Below, one piece after another: positions 14,597-28,367 of a DNA stretch of 64,000 nt. The position numbers and the translations under genes are program-made. Under the pieces are notes generated by a model, which had not been told where the DNA came from, made no database searches, and was given only the letters and a program-made list of their open reading frames with translations. The stretch comes from Epiperipatus broadwayi. Lineage: Eukaryota; Animalia; Onychophora. Position 1 is the first letter of the stretch. Every line of letters starts with the position of its first letter. The stretch is from assembly GCA_028023455.1 (NCBI GenBank), contig JAQFVV010000004.1, positions 23,498,001 through 23,562,000 of the forward strand, read 5' to 3'.

Positions 14597-14852
14597 ATTT
14601 AAGGACTTTACATTTCAGAGTCTGACATTCTTCCACTGCAATAAATCATACAAGATACCTGAAACTTTGATCCTTCTTTATTGATTCATGTGTATCATGC
14701 CAGATTATTATTGGTTATTGATTCAATTTAAGGACCTTACAGTTCAAAGTCTGATGTTCTTCCACTGCAATAAACCATACAAGACATCTGAAACTTTGAT
14801 CCTTCTTTATTGCTTTATGTATATCATGCCAGATTATTATTGGTTGTTGATT
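14597..14852. repeat. Tandem duplication, 129-bp unit x2
   Basis: atttaaggac... restarts at 14726; the two units align along their length with scattered substitutions. Confidence 0.9.
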
Positions 14853-17764
14853 ATATGAATATTTTGTTGTAAAGAAATAAAATACTGCTTTACTGCATGA
14901 TTCATTAGATTATTATGATGCAGTTGATAAAGCTATTTCATATTAGTGAAGAGTATTTTCGACGCTAATAACAGTCAAACAAGAGAGGCCATTGGTGTGT
15001 TTGGGAATGCTCCATATGTTTTGACAACATTTAAAAAATAAATTTATATTTTGGACAATATATTTAAAATGTGGATGCAGAAAACAAGATTTGGTACACA
15101 CACATAGTTATATATCTTATGCTAATTTAATGTAGATCAAAGAATCATCAAATAGGGCACTGAGTAACTATGTTGAACCATAAAGTGAAAAGACAAGTGG
15201 AGTAAGAATTGTTTGTCTAAAAGATTTATGGATTAATATTCTATTAGATAAATATTCTTTACATACAAGAAATATTAAGATATGCATGGATCCTATTTAA
15301 TTTAAAATCCCAAATGCTAACATTAGTTAGAATATTACTCACATTTAAATGCATCCATGTATTTAACTTACAATGTCTGTTAGCATAATAAAAAAAAGGT
15401 AACTCAGTTTATATTTTAGCTGACATTTTGCATAATTTTCATGACAAAATAGTGTATTATAAAATTATTTCTGTCACATCAATTAACTTACATGCAAGAC
15501 TAGAAAGTGTGTAAAGTTGAACATGCATTGATAGCAACAAGTGTGGAGACCTGATAAATTAAGATTTTATTAAAACATATTATGCTATAAATAATGAGGA
15601 ATGCATTGAAAATAATTATTAATTTTTAACAAAGATATATTTTGCTATAAATAGGAATAAAAAAGAAAATATTTCATTATCTCACATATGATACTTTTTT
15701 TTAAATTATTAGTAGTTAAATTTATAGCTGGAAAGTACAATTGTATATTCTTACAAATAGTGATAAGAAAATATTATTTTAAACAATTTTTTTCATGTGT
15801 TGTTTGTTTATTATTAGTTATTGCTTGTTTAGCCTGTGAGGCTAATGCATCTATTTTAAAAGAACATAAAGTCAACAAAGATTATCTGTGCTAATAAGAT
15901 GGATAATGACACATTTCAGACCCATTGTTAGTAAATCCAACACTACAGAAAAGCTTGCAATTGAAAAAAAAAAATTCATTGGCCATATGATCATTTTTCC
16001 GTGTGATAAATAAATCAGACTATTCATGGACTATCATGACTCAAATTCATGAAATATGAAGGAGAGCAATAGGATTGCTTATATGAAAGCATTATTTCAA
16101 GATTTAAAGACTGAGATGATGATTAATTTACAACTTTGGTGAAAAATCTGTATTATTAAAAACCACACACAATGTGAATTTTAGAAATAGATTTAAAATA
16201 ATAATAAAAATTATAAGATTCAAAAACCTAGGTATGAATATTCATTAAATATTAAAGAGTAATTAATAATCAGAAAATAATAATAAATTCTTTATAAGTT
16301 ATAAAATATCGATAATAATTTTACACATAAAAAGCCCTTTTCAGCATTTGGAGTCCTTTTCAAATGTTAATAATTTATTTAACGTTAATGAACTATTTCA
16401 GACATAATATCATCTATTGTTAAAAAAACAAAACATCTATTGTTCCATAATGTAATTAAAATAAGCAATAACAATATAAATCATTAAAATAAATCAAAAC
16501 TGCCAGATTAATCTATAATAATGTAATCATCACAACTTGAAATACTATTTTCTAAATAACGGATGCACTATTGTCCTGGACTTTCCCTAGTAATTTTACT
16601 GGAACTTTCTTCTTTTCACTCTTTACGTTTAATTAATCTTTTAACATAAAAAGTAACGTTAAAAGTTTAGCACCCATAGCTAATTGGTTATCATATATAA
16701 ACTACATCACGCTAGCCAAAGCTTAAAATTGACCAATAGAATATCAACAATCTATTATCAAATCAACTCTCAGATAATAAAAGGAAAGCTACTTATTATC
16801 AGGGTCTAAGATCTGAAATAGATATTGAGTGACAGCAATTGATTTAAAACAGATCTTAATTTTTAAAAAATATAGTCTGTCTCTGTGTGGTTTAACATAG
16901 TAGTGAGGTGAGGAACTTGCTAAAGGTTTCTCAGTTGAATAAAATCTAAAAAAAATCTTTACATTTAAATGAACTCATCTTGCCATTTGAGTTCTTGAAC
17001 ATGTCGTGTCCTCCCAAGTAACTAATTATACAAATTATTTTGAAGATTCATTAAGTGGTGAAATTTTTTTAAAGAAAAATATTTTTCCTTCCTTAATATT
17101 GTACAAAAATAGTAGTAAGATTTTTTTAAACGTTTTTACATTGGTTGAGTCTAAATAATTAAGGTGCTGACGTGTGGAAATGCTTTTTACAATGTATCTT
17201 CTTTTTTAAATAAAATAAACGTTTGATTAAGGTAAGGGGATTAGAAAAAAATATATTAAACAATATGCGAAATATAGCCAAACCAATTTTAAGTCAAAAT
17301 TAAAAAAAGTTGAAAAGAGGAGGGAGGGGGCAGGCAGAAGTAAAATTAAAAATATTAAAATAAATTGTTTGCTTTTTAAAAAAATAAAAATGACTATTTT
17401 TATTATTTTTCAATGACATGTACTTTCTATACCGTATGGGTAAACAAAATTATAAATAAAGAAATGAATACGGTATGTCTCAAATCCTCAGATGTTTACC
17501 ATAAAAAAGTCATTTTATTGTCAACATTTGCAATCAATTTTACTTGGCAGCTCACCCTAAACTATCTTCACATATTTAAATTATATATATACTAGTTCTA
17601 CTTGTAGTTTTGCTTGCATTATTAGATTAAAAGAATGTTATGTAATTGATAATTAAAATATATTTAAGTAATATTTACATGAAATAATAATACACGAGTT
17701 ATCAACAAACAGGAAAAAATAACTATTGTAATACATTTTTATAAACAACGTTACACATCATTTT

Positions 17765-18230
17765 TAACTGCTGTTGATAATTTATGTATTATCATTTCAC
17801 GTAATTATCAATTACATGACATTGTTTTATTTTACTAATAAGAGCAAAGCCAACAGAGGTCAGTTTTTAGTAGAATAATAATATAAAAGAATATAATGCT
17901 GTTGATAATTTATATATACAACTAGGATATATTCTTATCAATATAAAATTTTTAATGTTTTATTATCTAAATTCCATTTTTGATGTGTAGAATAACAAAA
18001 AAAATTTCCCTTGCTAATTCTCTCCATTTCTCTAGCTCATGTTAATAGAAAGTTTGACAATTAAAATATATTTACTTTTTCCACTTTTGAATTCTAATTG
18101 TACCCTCTATGTATTAAATACCAAATAAAATTTTTACACACTAATTCTCTCCATTTTTCTGTCTTCTTTTGTTCATACAAAGTTTGATAATTAAAATATA
18201 TTTATATGAAATAATTATCAACAGCAGTTA
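17765..18230. mobile_element. Unclassified MITE-like element
   Basis: Perfect 18-bp inverted ends TAACTGCTGTTGATAATT (17765-17782) / AATTATCAACAGCAGTTA (18213-18230); internal ~130-bp direct repeat (ctaattctctccattt...aaagtttga). Confidence 0.6.
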
Positions 18231-19269
18231 TGCAAAAAATATAACTTTTATTAAAAACAATAAACAATAATTTTAAAAGTTATTTATATATTCCTCATGT
18301 AATAATTTTTAAAATGACTATAACATACATTTTAACATAATCCAAATAAAATTTAAATAATTTAAAATATATTTATGCAATAAAATTTTACCAGGTTTAC
18401 CAAAACCTAAAATATCTCCATTTCTGTAGCAGGTATTACAATACACAGGCTACAACATCTTACCTTATCATGTGAGATTATACCTAAAGAAAATGGTAAA
18501 AGTTTATCAAATTCCGTATTTCTCTTGCTGTATCCATGACATTTTAAAATTTATTTTTTCATGTGTTAAATATATTTAAACAGACACCCCAAAAGTTTAC
18601 CAATATTACAGTAAAAGCTTACCAAAATTTAGTACTATTTCACTTATTGTAATTGTGCCATTTTAAATTTTACTTTAATATGTGTTAAACTAAATATATA
18701 TTTAAATTGAAATCCTAAAAGTTTATCAAATTTATTATTATAACTAGTCTAAATTTTCATTATTTAAAATTTATTTACAAAATCAAATTTTATCTTGCTT
18801 TACTAAATAACTATACTTTTCATTTAATTTTTTTTCAAATTCTATAATCTTTTAATCAGTGCTGCCATATTCTTGCATTTTTGTGACATTATTCAAAAAG
18901 TTATGATATAGATTTTCCATGCATTTTTATATTGCACATTACAATTTTTTAAAAAGTAAAGCAAACATTTTTACCTAGTAAAATTCTATATAAAAAAAAA
19001 AAAGAAAATCATGCAAGATTCTTCCAGATTGGTACAATATTTGTTTGAGTTTATAAAGTTACAAACAAATTTATACAGTAATATAAGTAACAGGATATAT
19101 ATACACACACACAGAGTCCTCATTCATTATAATTGAATGGAAATGTCATAGTGGTACATCAAATTCTCATAGAAATATAGTATATTACTGTGCTTAATTA
19201 ACTAACACTAATATAATAAAAATGTCAATACTAAATTTTCTTTTATATATATAATTCCTAGTATTATAG

Positions 19270-19620
19270 TCTATATCATTATCATCACAATCACCACTTT
19301 CCAATATTATTGATCCATAGCAGAATGAAGATCTCTCCAAATTTAATCCACTTTCTTATTCTCTGCAACACACCACCAAACTTCTTGATTTCATCTATTC
19401 ACCTATGATGTTATTTCTTTCTAGGTTATTTACAATATTAGAGACTTCAAGTATTAAACTATTATCTTTTTTAGAACTATTTCCAATGGAGCTCCATTTC
19501 AGTCTCTTAACTTTTCCAGATTATTAACCACACCAGTCTATTTTCTCACCTAAGTATTTTATTTTCACTTCTTTCTTATTACTTCCAACAAACACCTCTT
19601 GTTAATTCATTGTGGAGTTT
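19270..19620 (-). mobile_element. Decayed LINE (RTE-like) 3' end
   Basis: Minus translation WCVAENKK..WRDLHSAMDQ followed by a GAT-rich tail, typical of RTE 3' ends. Confidence 0.4.
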
Positions 19621-20149
19621 AAAGACTATTCTATTTTTCTATTAAAAATCTACTTTTAATTTATGATTATAAATATTTATTTTTGTGGTTTTAGAATTTA
19701 TCTTTATTCTTACTTGATTATTTTGATATGTAGTTCTTACAAAGTTTTTTTTTTTCATTAAAATTAAAATTATTGTTTAGTAATTTAATTGCCTTTAGCA
19801 ACTAGAAATTACTTCATTTTGATATTTTTATTTGGACTATGCCTTTTTTTTATAAAATCTTTACATTTCTGAACTTAGCATTTGCTTTTAATAAATTATT
19901 AACTATTTATTATTAAAATCATAATTTTAGCTACCAATGTTGTATTTCCAAATCCATTGGCCATTGATAATTTTAAATTTTACATTTAAACCTTTAAAAT
20001 ATTGATATTAGAAAATCATTGAAAAATTTCAGTTAAAAATACTCTGCATAGTTCTAAAAATATGGGGGCGAGATCTTATGACCAATCAGTAAATTCTTAT
20101 GCTTGTTGAATATGGAGCTACTGAATTTGTTAAAATACTGTTTCTGCAT

Positions 20150-20360
20150 TCCTTTAGCATGAAAAATGGATAAACTGTAAAAGTCTTTCCAAAAAGTATT
20201 GTATTGTGAACTTAAGCATAATATTCAAGGAAAAAGAAACTCTTAAAAAAATACAATACTGATTATTTTCATTGGAAAGATAAGACCAAGAATAAAATAC
20301 AACATCAATATATAGCTGGATATTGAAGTCTTTCAAAAACTAAAGTTCATTGCAGAGATT
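20150..20360 (+). mobile_element. Decayed RTE-like LINE C-terminal fragment
   Basis: Translates with frameshifts to ..PKKVLYCELKH..; resembles the PKxxLYxEL motif of RTE ORFs. Confidence 0.4.
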
Positions 20361-22559
20361 AAAAGAAAGCATTGCAAATAAAAAAAATAAAGGACCGATT
20401 TTTAAGGTATGCAAAATACCCTTATTTTTCAAATCCATGAATCCAAAAATTTTAGAACACTTTTAGGTGATCCATCATAGCATCATAAAAATATATAGAA
20501 AGATTACAGTTTCCAACATGCATTCATCAATAGGAAAAATAAGCTCAATATATATATATAGAAGCAATGTGAATATATATATGTGTGTGTGTTCAATTGC
20601 ACATAAGACTAAAAAAAATTGAGATTCTATACTCAATGTTCATTTTCTTAACAAATGAGTACAGAAAAAAATATGGATATAGTTTCTAATATCCAATTAC
20701 ATTTTTCCTCAACTATAACAAAATAGTTAAAGCATGTATTCAAAAAGTATAGAATCAACAGTACTTTTTTATAAAAAAAATTGAATTGATAAATTTATTT
20801 ATATACTGTATGAATAATATATATTGATTAGCAACATGATCTACCATGCAAAAGTAAAAAAAAAAAGAGATCTTATATTAAAAATTCATTTTCAATAGAA
20901 ATGAGAATAGAAAATTTCTAATGCTACTATTAAATTTGATATCATGATGCAGCAAATATATGTATTAAAGAGTATATATAGTTCTTTTATGAAAAAGTTC
21001 ATTTGTTAAAAAAATCATGTCAGTTTATGTATTAATGATTCTCAGTTGTATATAAAATGTAAAATCAAAAAGTTTTATGCTAAATCTTTGTTCTCAAAAT
21101 AGTGGTTAATTATTTATTATCTAGTCACTTTTATATCATATCACAATTTGTAAAAATGGTGCAACATTTGTTGCTGAATGTAATTTTCTTAATATACTGG
21201 TAAATTAAATTAAATTTTGTTCAAATCTCTTTAAAGCAATATTTGCTAATAAATTATATTGAATTTTATTGAATCAATGCTGTAAACAGACATTTTTTAA
21301 AAATTACTTTTTATTAAAGTGGTTAGAGAAATCCAGAGAAATCATTATAGTCATGTTCCTTTAAATCATACTTATGCAGCAATCTATTGAGATATTTTGC
21401 TAATTTTTTTTTAAAACAGTAAAATCACATACTTTCAAATACTGATTTTTTTTTAATTAAAAAAAATCTAAAGAAGTCAGTATAACTAAATAATTGGCAA
21501 GATCAAAATATTTTAGTCCGTCACCACATGTTTTATAAAGTTAGTTTTCTGTAATCCATTTCAAGACCATTTACAAGATTATTTCGAGAAAATTTTTGCA
21601 ATAATTAAAAACTTGATTTTTTTTTGCAAAGTTTAATAAAACTCATAATTATTTTTATACAATAACTGAGTAATAATTGTTAAAATCAAAAGTATACATG
21701 ATTACACTTTTATTTTATATGTATATGTTTTAATTTTAAAAATAGAAGATAATAACTTCTAGCATAAAATTATCAAAGAAAATTATAAATTCGGATCACT
21801 GCACTTTGTGAAACTGATTGCCAAATGGCATCACTAGCACTATGTTAGGATCTTTTGAGATATTCTAAAAATTATAATATTTTAAAGCAAATAGATTTAT
21901 CAGATATTAACTTTTATTCATCACTTTTTAAAAATAAATTTCAATCAAAAAAAGATTTTATTTTCTGAAATCACTCTGCTCCAATGTAAAAATGTCCTTT
22001 GTTTTCATTACAAACTCTTCTTTTTTTCAATATTTGCAAAGTTCAAATATACTTTTTTAGAAGGTTTTCCATTTGTAAACATATATTTCTACCAAATCAA
22101 GTTCACTTTATTGAATTGTTATATAATACTGGTTTTAATGGTAAAATCAAAAGTTAGAAGATTACAAAAAGTATTACTAAGGAGAACAATGGATTTGGCA
22201 CACTTTAGGAGAGTTAATAATCTTTTTAAATAACAAATACTGGAATACTTTTAAAGAAATTTCACTTTTTACTTTTGTTTTAATTAGATATTCTATGTAT
22301 AAGTATGACTTTGTTGAAATTCATAAATATTCACCCAATACAATGGATATATTTGTGATTACAGAGTTATCATAATACTTATTTTTTCTATTCTTTATTT
22401 CTGCTTTTAAATTATATTTTTTGAAGTTAGAATGGATATACTCATTTACAAGTAGTTGCTAATGATTATAAATTAGAAATATTAAATTGGAGCATAAATT
22501 AAATAAAAACCAATCAAAAATGCAGATAAAAAACACTTTGAAAATCTCAATAGGACTTT

Positions 22560-24250
22560 AAAAAAAATTGTTATTGAAGTTATATTAAAAAAAGATGATC
22601 GAGATCACACAAAAAGCATTGAAAATAGTGCAGGAAAAATGAATGCTGAAAAGCATGGAATATAAAGCAAAGTATAATGAAGTAAAAACAATAGCTTAAA
22701 AAAATACACGAGAATTGCCAGAAACTCAATGAAAAGATTATAAACAAAACAAAAAACAACAACAAATAAATAAATATGATGAACAAAAAAACCATAAGAG
22801 AAAACACAACTCAAAATAGAAAATAAAAAAAATATGAATAAAAACAGTGAATAAAATTCTAAAGCAATAGTCAAAATACTGTTCCAAGGTACGTTATGCA
22901 AACTGATAAAAAAACATATCGAAAATTTTTTTAAAGAACATACAAAATGTGCATGGCCATTTATAATAATAAAGGTAATATTTACTGGAAAATAAGTAAA
23001 AGAGAAGAAATTGAACAAAAAATAAGAACTTTAAAATTAATAGAATAAGAAGAAATGACCAGATATGATGAAGATAGTTTCTAAAACAAATTTATTAATG
23101 CAAAAACAATTGGTACATAATTATATTGAATACATTATATATTTGAATAAATTGATCATCTAGTCTTTACACAAAGTCTATTTTCCCTATGAAGATGTAT
23201 GCAAATCCATTTGATCTAGTCTTTTCCATGTTGTAAATTAAAAGGTTTCTAAAACAAATTCATCAATGCAAAATCAATCGGTACATATCTATATTGAATA
23301 CATTATATCTTTAAATAAATTGTAAATTTATCATCTAGTCCTTGCACAAAATCTACTTTCCTTATGAAGATGCATGTAAATCCATTTGCTCTAGTCTATT
23401 CCATGTGGTATATTAAAAAGTTTCCATGTCTCCTCATAGAGGAATTTTGTGGCCAAAGTTTTGTCTCTTTCTTTTATGTTTCTAATCCAATTAAGGAAGA
23501 GATGATCGTCTTCTGGTTGGGGTAAGGTATATTGTTTGCCACACCTGACAAGCTAGATTGAGTAGGTAAGAAAAACAGATAACCTTATAATAGGAACGTC
23601 TCTGCCACAAATGCACTCTTTGACCTCCATGATTTCACAATAGTCTATAACTGAGTTATTATATATGAGGCTTTTAGCATTTCCAAGCCCAAAGTTTATG
23701 TTGGGAAATTTACAAATCAATAAGCTGGATTTAAAAAAGATAAAAGAATCATGTAACAGATTTTCTCACTGCAAAAAAGGCCAGAAAAACAAAAGAATCC
23801 ACATCTATATTTTGATGACTTTCAGTTAGCCTTTAACAGAATTAATCAAAAATTGACTTGGGCAATATTGAATCATATGAAGTAAATAAGAAACAAATTT
23901 TTAAATAAATATTTATAATAACTGAAAATCAGCTATGAAAATGTGTGAAGAAATTGAAACTGAATTGAAATTGGAAGAAGTACAAGATAAAGAGCTTCAG
24001 CGTTATCAAACATATTAATCATACACCTGAAAAGAAAAATGCAGAAGGACACAAGTACATGAAATGAGAATTTAAAAAATATGCAGATGATGCAGTAATC
24101 ATTGAAAAAAAAATTAAGATCTACTGATATCCACCATTAGCGATACTAAATGAAAAAATAAAAAGATATGAATTATGCACAAGCATGATAAAAAACAAAA
24201 ACACTGGCACCCAAGAAAATGAAAATGAAGAACAAAATAAATATTTGAAA
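22560..24250 (+). mobile_element. Decayed non-LTR retrotransposon (RTE-like RT), interrupted at 23077-23700
   Basis: Motifs EEIEQKIRTLK (~23000), Q*AGFKK..QIFSL (~23715), DFQLAFNRI (~23815) and KYADDAVII (~24080). Confidence 0.7.
23077..23424. repeat. Tandem duplication, ~168-bp unit x2
   Basis: gtttctaaaacaaat at 23077 and 23245; the units align throughout. Confidence 0.9.
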
Positions 24251-25299
24251 TACTAAGTATCTTTTCATTGAATTTTTCTCAGCATTCATATTTCATTTAT
24301 ATATAACTAAAAAGTAAAATGTAATATGAAAATTTCCAGCACATCTAACCTGTTATAAATTTATTTTTCAAAATTTTGTTCATGGCTTATTTTAATAATT
24401 CTTAATTTCTTTAAGACTACATTTATAAGAGAAAAAAGGGTTAAATTGCTACACATTTCAATTCTATGCTATATGATAGGAGGAAAAATATATAGAGCTA
24501 ATATGTCAAATGTTCCGGTTATTTAATCGAAATCCCATATAAATATTATAATGCCCAAGTTATTAGTTTTAGGTTAAATCACACTTTCGTGTCAAGTGGA
24601 ATTCTTTGCCAGTAATAACAAAGGTAGTAACTAATTTATCAAAAATGCATCTTTAAAAGAGACAATAATTTAATTATGTCCACTTTCAGTATATATAATC
24701 ACGTCAAACAAAAAATATCTTCACGACAATACTGACAAGTTCGATAATGAACTCCTCTGCACCGTAAAAAATAAATAAGTTTGTTTTATAAAAATTTGAC
24801 TGATTCATCAATTCTGAATCTGTCATAACAGCTTAAAAGAGAAAATTAAATTCCAGTTGGAATAACAAAATTGTTTTTCAAATCGATCTGTTTCTCAACT
24901 GTATAAGCAACGAATCTATTTAAATCTGTTTTTACTTTTTTTTTTTTTTTTTAAAAAAGTTATTTTATTAAAGATTATTTTCCATCAAAATACTAGCCTA
25001 TATAGTTGAAGGTAATCTAAATTACCATTTACAATTTCATCAATTAATTCATTTTTTTGTCTTGCCTTATTTATCTGTAAATGAGAAACTGAAAACATTA
25101 CAGCAAAATTAAATGAATATAAAAAAAAAAAATTCAATATTTTTTAAAATAATATATATTATTTTTATTTATTAACTTTCCACAACTGATTTTGCAGTGC
25201 ATGAGTACTTTTCTATATTTGGTATATAACTATAATTTGTTTTGTAATAAACCATGAATCTGATTAACAATAACAAACAAATAAAATTATTATATTTTG

Positions 25300-25700
25300 A
25301 TCGTTATTCATCATAAGTTACCTAGCAATGCAAGAACCATAGACTTCTTAGACTACATTTACCAACGTCTTCTGTTACCTGCTATAGTCTGCAAATACTC
25401 ACATTCTAATTTCATCCCAAAGTTTCTATCCCACTTACTTTCTACTATATAACCTTTTGCCCAGTTAACATTTCTAATATTATTAATTCTGATTAATTTC
25501 ATTGCTTTACTTTTAAATTTATTTATTTTCATGTAAAGGTTTCTACAATTTCATCAATCATATTTCTAATTCCTAATAATCATAACATATTTTCAATTTA
25601 ACCTTATATCAACACATATTGCTATATCACCTGCAAATATTATCATTTCAGTTTGTATCTAATTGGTTGTGATAATCTAATCTTATTATAAATTAATACC
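25300..25700 (-). mobile_element. Decayed LINE RT fragment
   Basis: Minus translation MIIFAGDIAI resembles the LLFADDIAL motif. Confidence 0.4.
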
Positions 25701-26039
25701 AACACATCACTTGACTCATAGAACTTAGTAGATATCATTAGAATCAAAAAAAGAAATAAAAGTCTTAAAATTAAATGTATAAATAGAAAGAAGCTTGGTT
25801 TGCATAAAATATGATAGTTAATCTAATTATGTAATTAGATGATTAGTTATTCTGGAGATCATGTAATGTTCAATAACCAGAAGTGATAGATTAAGCTTTA
25901 ATCTAGGGAAACTAGCTCTCCACCCTTCCGCTCCCATTGCACTAAACCAAATAGAGCCATACTTCCTATAATTCTATGCAGATTTATTTCCTCCTTTACA
26001 ATTGCTTACTTTTGACTATTATTAACTGGTTAAATAATA

Positions 26040-27360
26040 AAGATGTATGGGAAGTTTAGAAGAATGCAGTAAAAAAGTGATAAAGAAGATATTAGAAATT
26101 ACAGACTTATCATTCTTTTACCAATTCTATAATTTTTTTTTTTATCAAGATAATTACAACTCATCTACAGTGAACTTTGGATTTTAACTGACCAAAAGAA
26201 TAAGCCAGATTTAAAAATGGTTTTAGTACAATGGATCATATTCAAGTATTGAGGGCAATTATAGAAAGAATCAATGAATATGATTTGCCATTATGTTTTG
26301 AATATATATATATTAAGAAAAGGCATTTGATTCTATAAGCATTTCTTCAGTAATCAAAGCATTCTAAAGATCATCAAGGTATAGATCATCAAGGTATAGA
26401 TTCAGGATACTGTCATAATCTGAAGAATATTTATAAAAATGCAACAGCAACAAATTAAATTACATAATAACACTAGGAATATTAACACTGAAGAGAGTGT
26501 ATAACAGAATGATTCCATATCTCCAAAATTTAAGTCATCTAGATTTTTTTTCATGTGTCATAACATCAGCCATGAAGCGAACCCGCTAATCCAGGATGAT
26601 TGCTTGTAAGGCAACTGTGCTGCCCACTTGACCAATTGTTTTTGCAAATAATGCTTTAGAATTTCAGAAAATGTTGCATGAATATTCAGATGAAAATAAG
26701 AAAGCATGACTAAAGGTAAATGTTGAAAAGACTAAAGTAATGTTCAATGAATTTTCTCAAAAGAAGATTGATAATGATGAGTTAGAAGAAGTTAATAACA
26801 ATAAATATCTTGATCAGATTATTATTACTACAAATGGAAACATAATAAATGAAATAATCATAGAATGAAACTTGGTGGGTTGCTTTTGATAGAAATAACT
26901 TAATGTTAAAAGGAAATATGCTTATGTATTTTAAAAGGTTTTTAATAAGTGTGTTTTACCAGTTCTTACTTAAGGATCTAAGACTTGTACCCTTAACAGA
27001 AGAGCAATACAAAGACTTCAGACCTTTCAATAAAGTATGGATAGATGTATGTTAGGAGTAACAACCAAAGAGTGAAAATGAAATATATGGATGAGAGAAC
27101 TGATATTATTAATAGAATTAAGAGACTGAAGTGGAATTGGGCTGGGCATATTGCTAGAAGAGAGGATAGTGAGTGGTCAGTTGAAATCTTAAACTGGATT
27201 CCAAGAGATTGTAAAAGACATAGAAAGAGATCACATATGAAAAATAAAGAAGTGAGCTGGATAAATGTGAAGAAGAGGGGCTAGAGATCAGAAAGATAGA
27301 TTGAGCTTGGAGAAACCTTCATCCTGCAGTCGATGAATAATGGTTGAAAATGATGAGTAA
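26040..27360 (+). mobile_element. 5'-truncated decayed RTE-clade LINE (RT and C-terminus)
   Basis: KKGDKEDIRNYR, STMDHIQVLR, KAFDSI, DSISPK and KWNWAGHIARREDSEWSVEILNWIPRDCKR (ORF 27045-27284), then an RTE-type 3' end with a gatga tail. Confidence 0.9.
26544..26637 (-). mobile_element. tRNA-derived SINE copy inserted in the RTE
   Basis: Reverse complement TGGTCAAGTGG..GTTGC CTTACAA GCAAT..GCGGGTTCGCTTCATGGCTGATGTTATGACACATG plus A tail; matches the 35434, 53653 and 57857 copies. Confidence 0.8.
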
Positions 27361-27888
27361 AAAGGTAAATGTAAAGAGTTAAATATCTTTATATTTTTTT
27401 AATGCATACAGTAATAAAGCAGTCGAGATAAAAAAAAATTACATTACTACTGTGATTACAGAGAAAACAAATGCTAGAATATTTGTAAGAGAGGATGTTT
27501 TAAAAAGATGAAAAGTTTGCTATGTTAAAAAATATAAATTTAGATTTATTCCTTAAAATAATACGCAGTAATGTTTTGTTTGCTTACATTAATATTACAG
27601 TTATAATTTACACATGTCTAAGATTCACAATTTTTAAAATAACGTCTATTGTAAGTTGAAAGAATCAAGCTTCATATGCATTAAATTACAAGACAAATAA
27701 ACTAAAGCTTTGTAGAAATTTATATTTGTCAAATTACATTATTATATTTATTAGTAAGTGGGAAAATATCTTAACATGATCAATTGTTTATCAATGATTA
27801 ATTTATTATAAAAAATGTTTAACAATCCAGATTTGATTCAATAGTCTAAAAAAAAAAAAAAAATAGAAGAATTTAGTTTTTTTATCTA

Positions 27889-28366
27889 TACATTCAAATA
27901 TCAGCCTTTTAAGCTAATTGTGCATACGCTTTGCGAGTGTTAATAATAAATGAATACTTTCTCACCAATACAAGATATAGTATTTATGCAGGAATAAAAG
28001 GAATCCTCTTATTCCTAAGACTCAAATGCTTATATATGAGCAAATCTGAAGTACTGGCAAGTAAAGCATGAGGATGGAACCGTCACTTTAAATTACTATA
28101 TACAATGTCTGAATGAATGACGTGGGTGAAATTGTCTATAATTTACTAAATGTCATTCCAACTGAAACTTAATCATATGTAAATAAGCATTTATTTTATA
28201 TAGCGTATGTTAATTGTTTACATTCAAATATCAGCCTTTTAAGCTAATTGTGCACACGCTTTGCAAGTGTTAATAATAAATGAATACTTTCTCACCAATA
28301 CAAGATATAGTATTTATGCAGGAATAAAAGGAATCCTCTTATTCCTACGACTCAAATGCTTATATA
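27889..28366 (-). mobile_element. Partial tandem (about 1.45 units) of the 330-bp repeat family F
   Basis: 27889-28036 is repeated at 28219-28366; the whole unit is homologous to the 335-bp unit at 47917-48324. Strand is inferred from G-U wobbles. Confidence 0.8.
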
Positions 28367-28367
28367 A

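Noticed and set aside
17421-17495. Minus-strand CTGAGGA...GAAA around a 9-bp stem
   Set aside because: Eight unpaired nt lie between the core and the stem, and there is no valid helix III or helix I.
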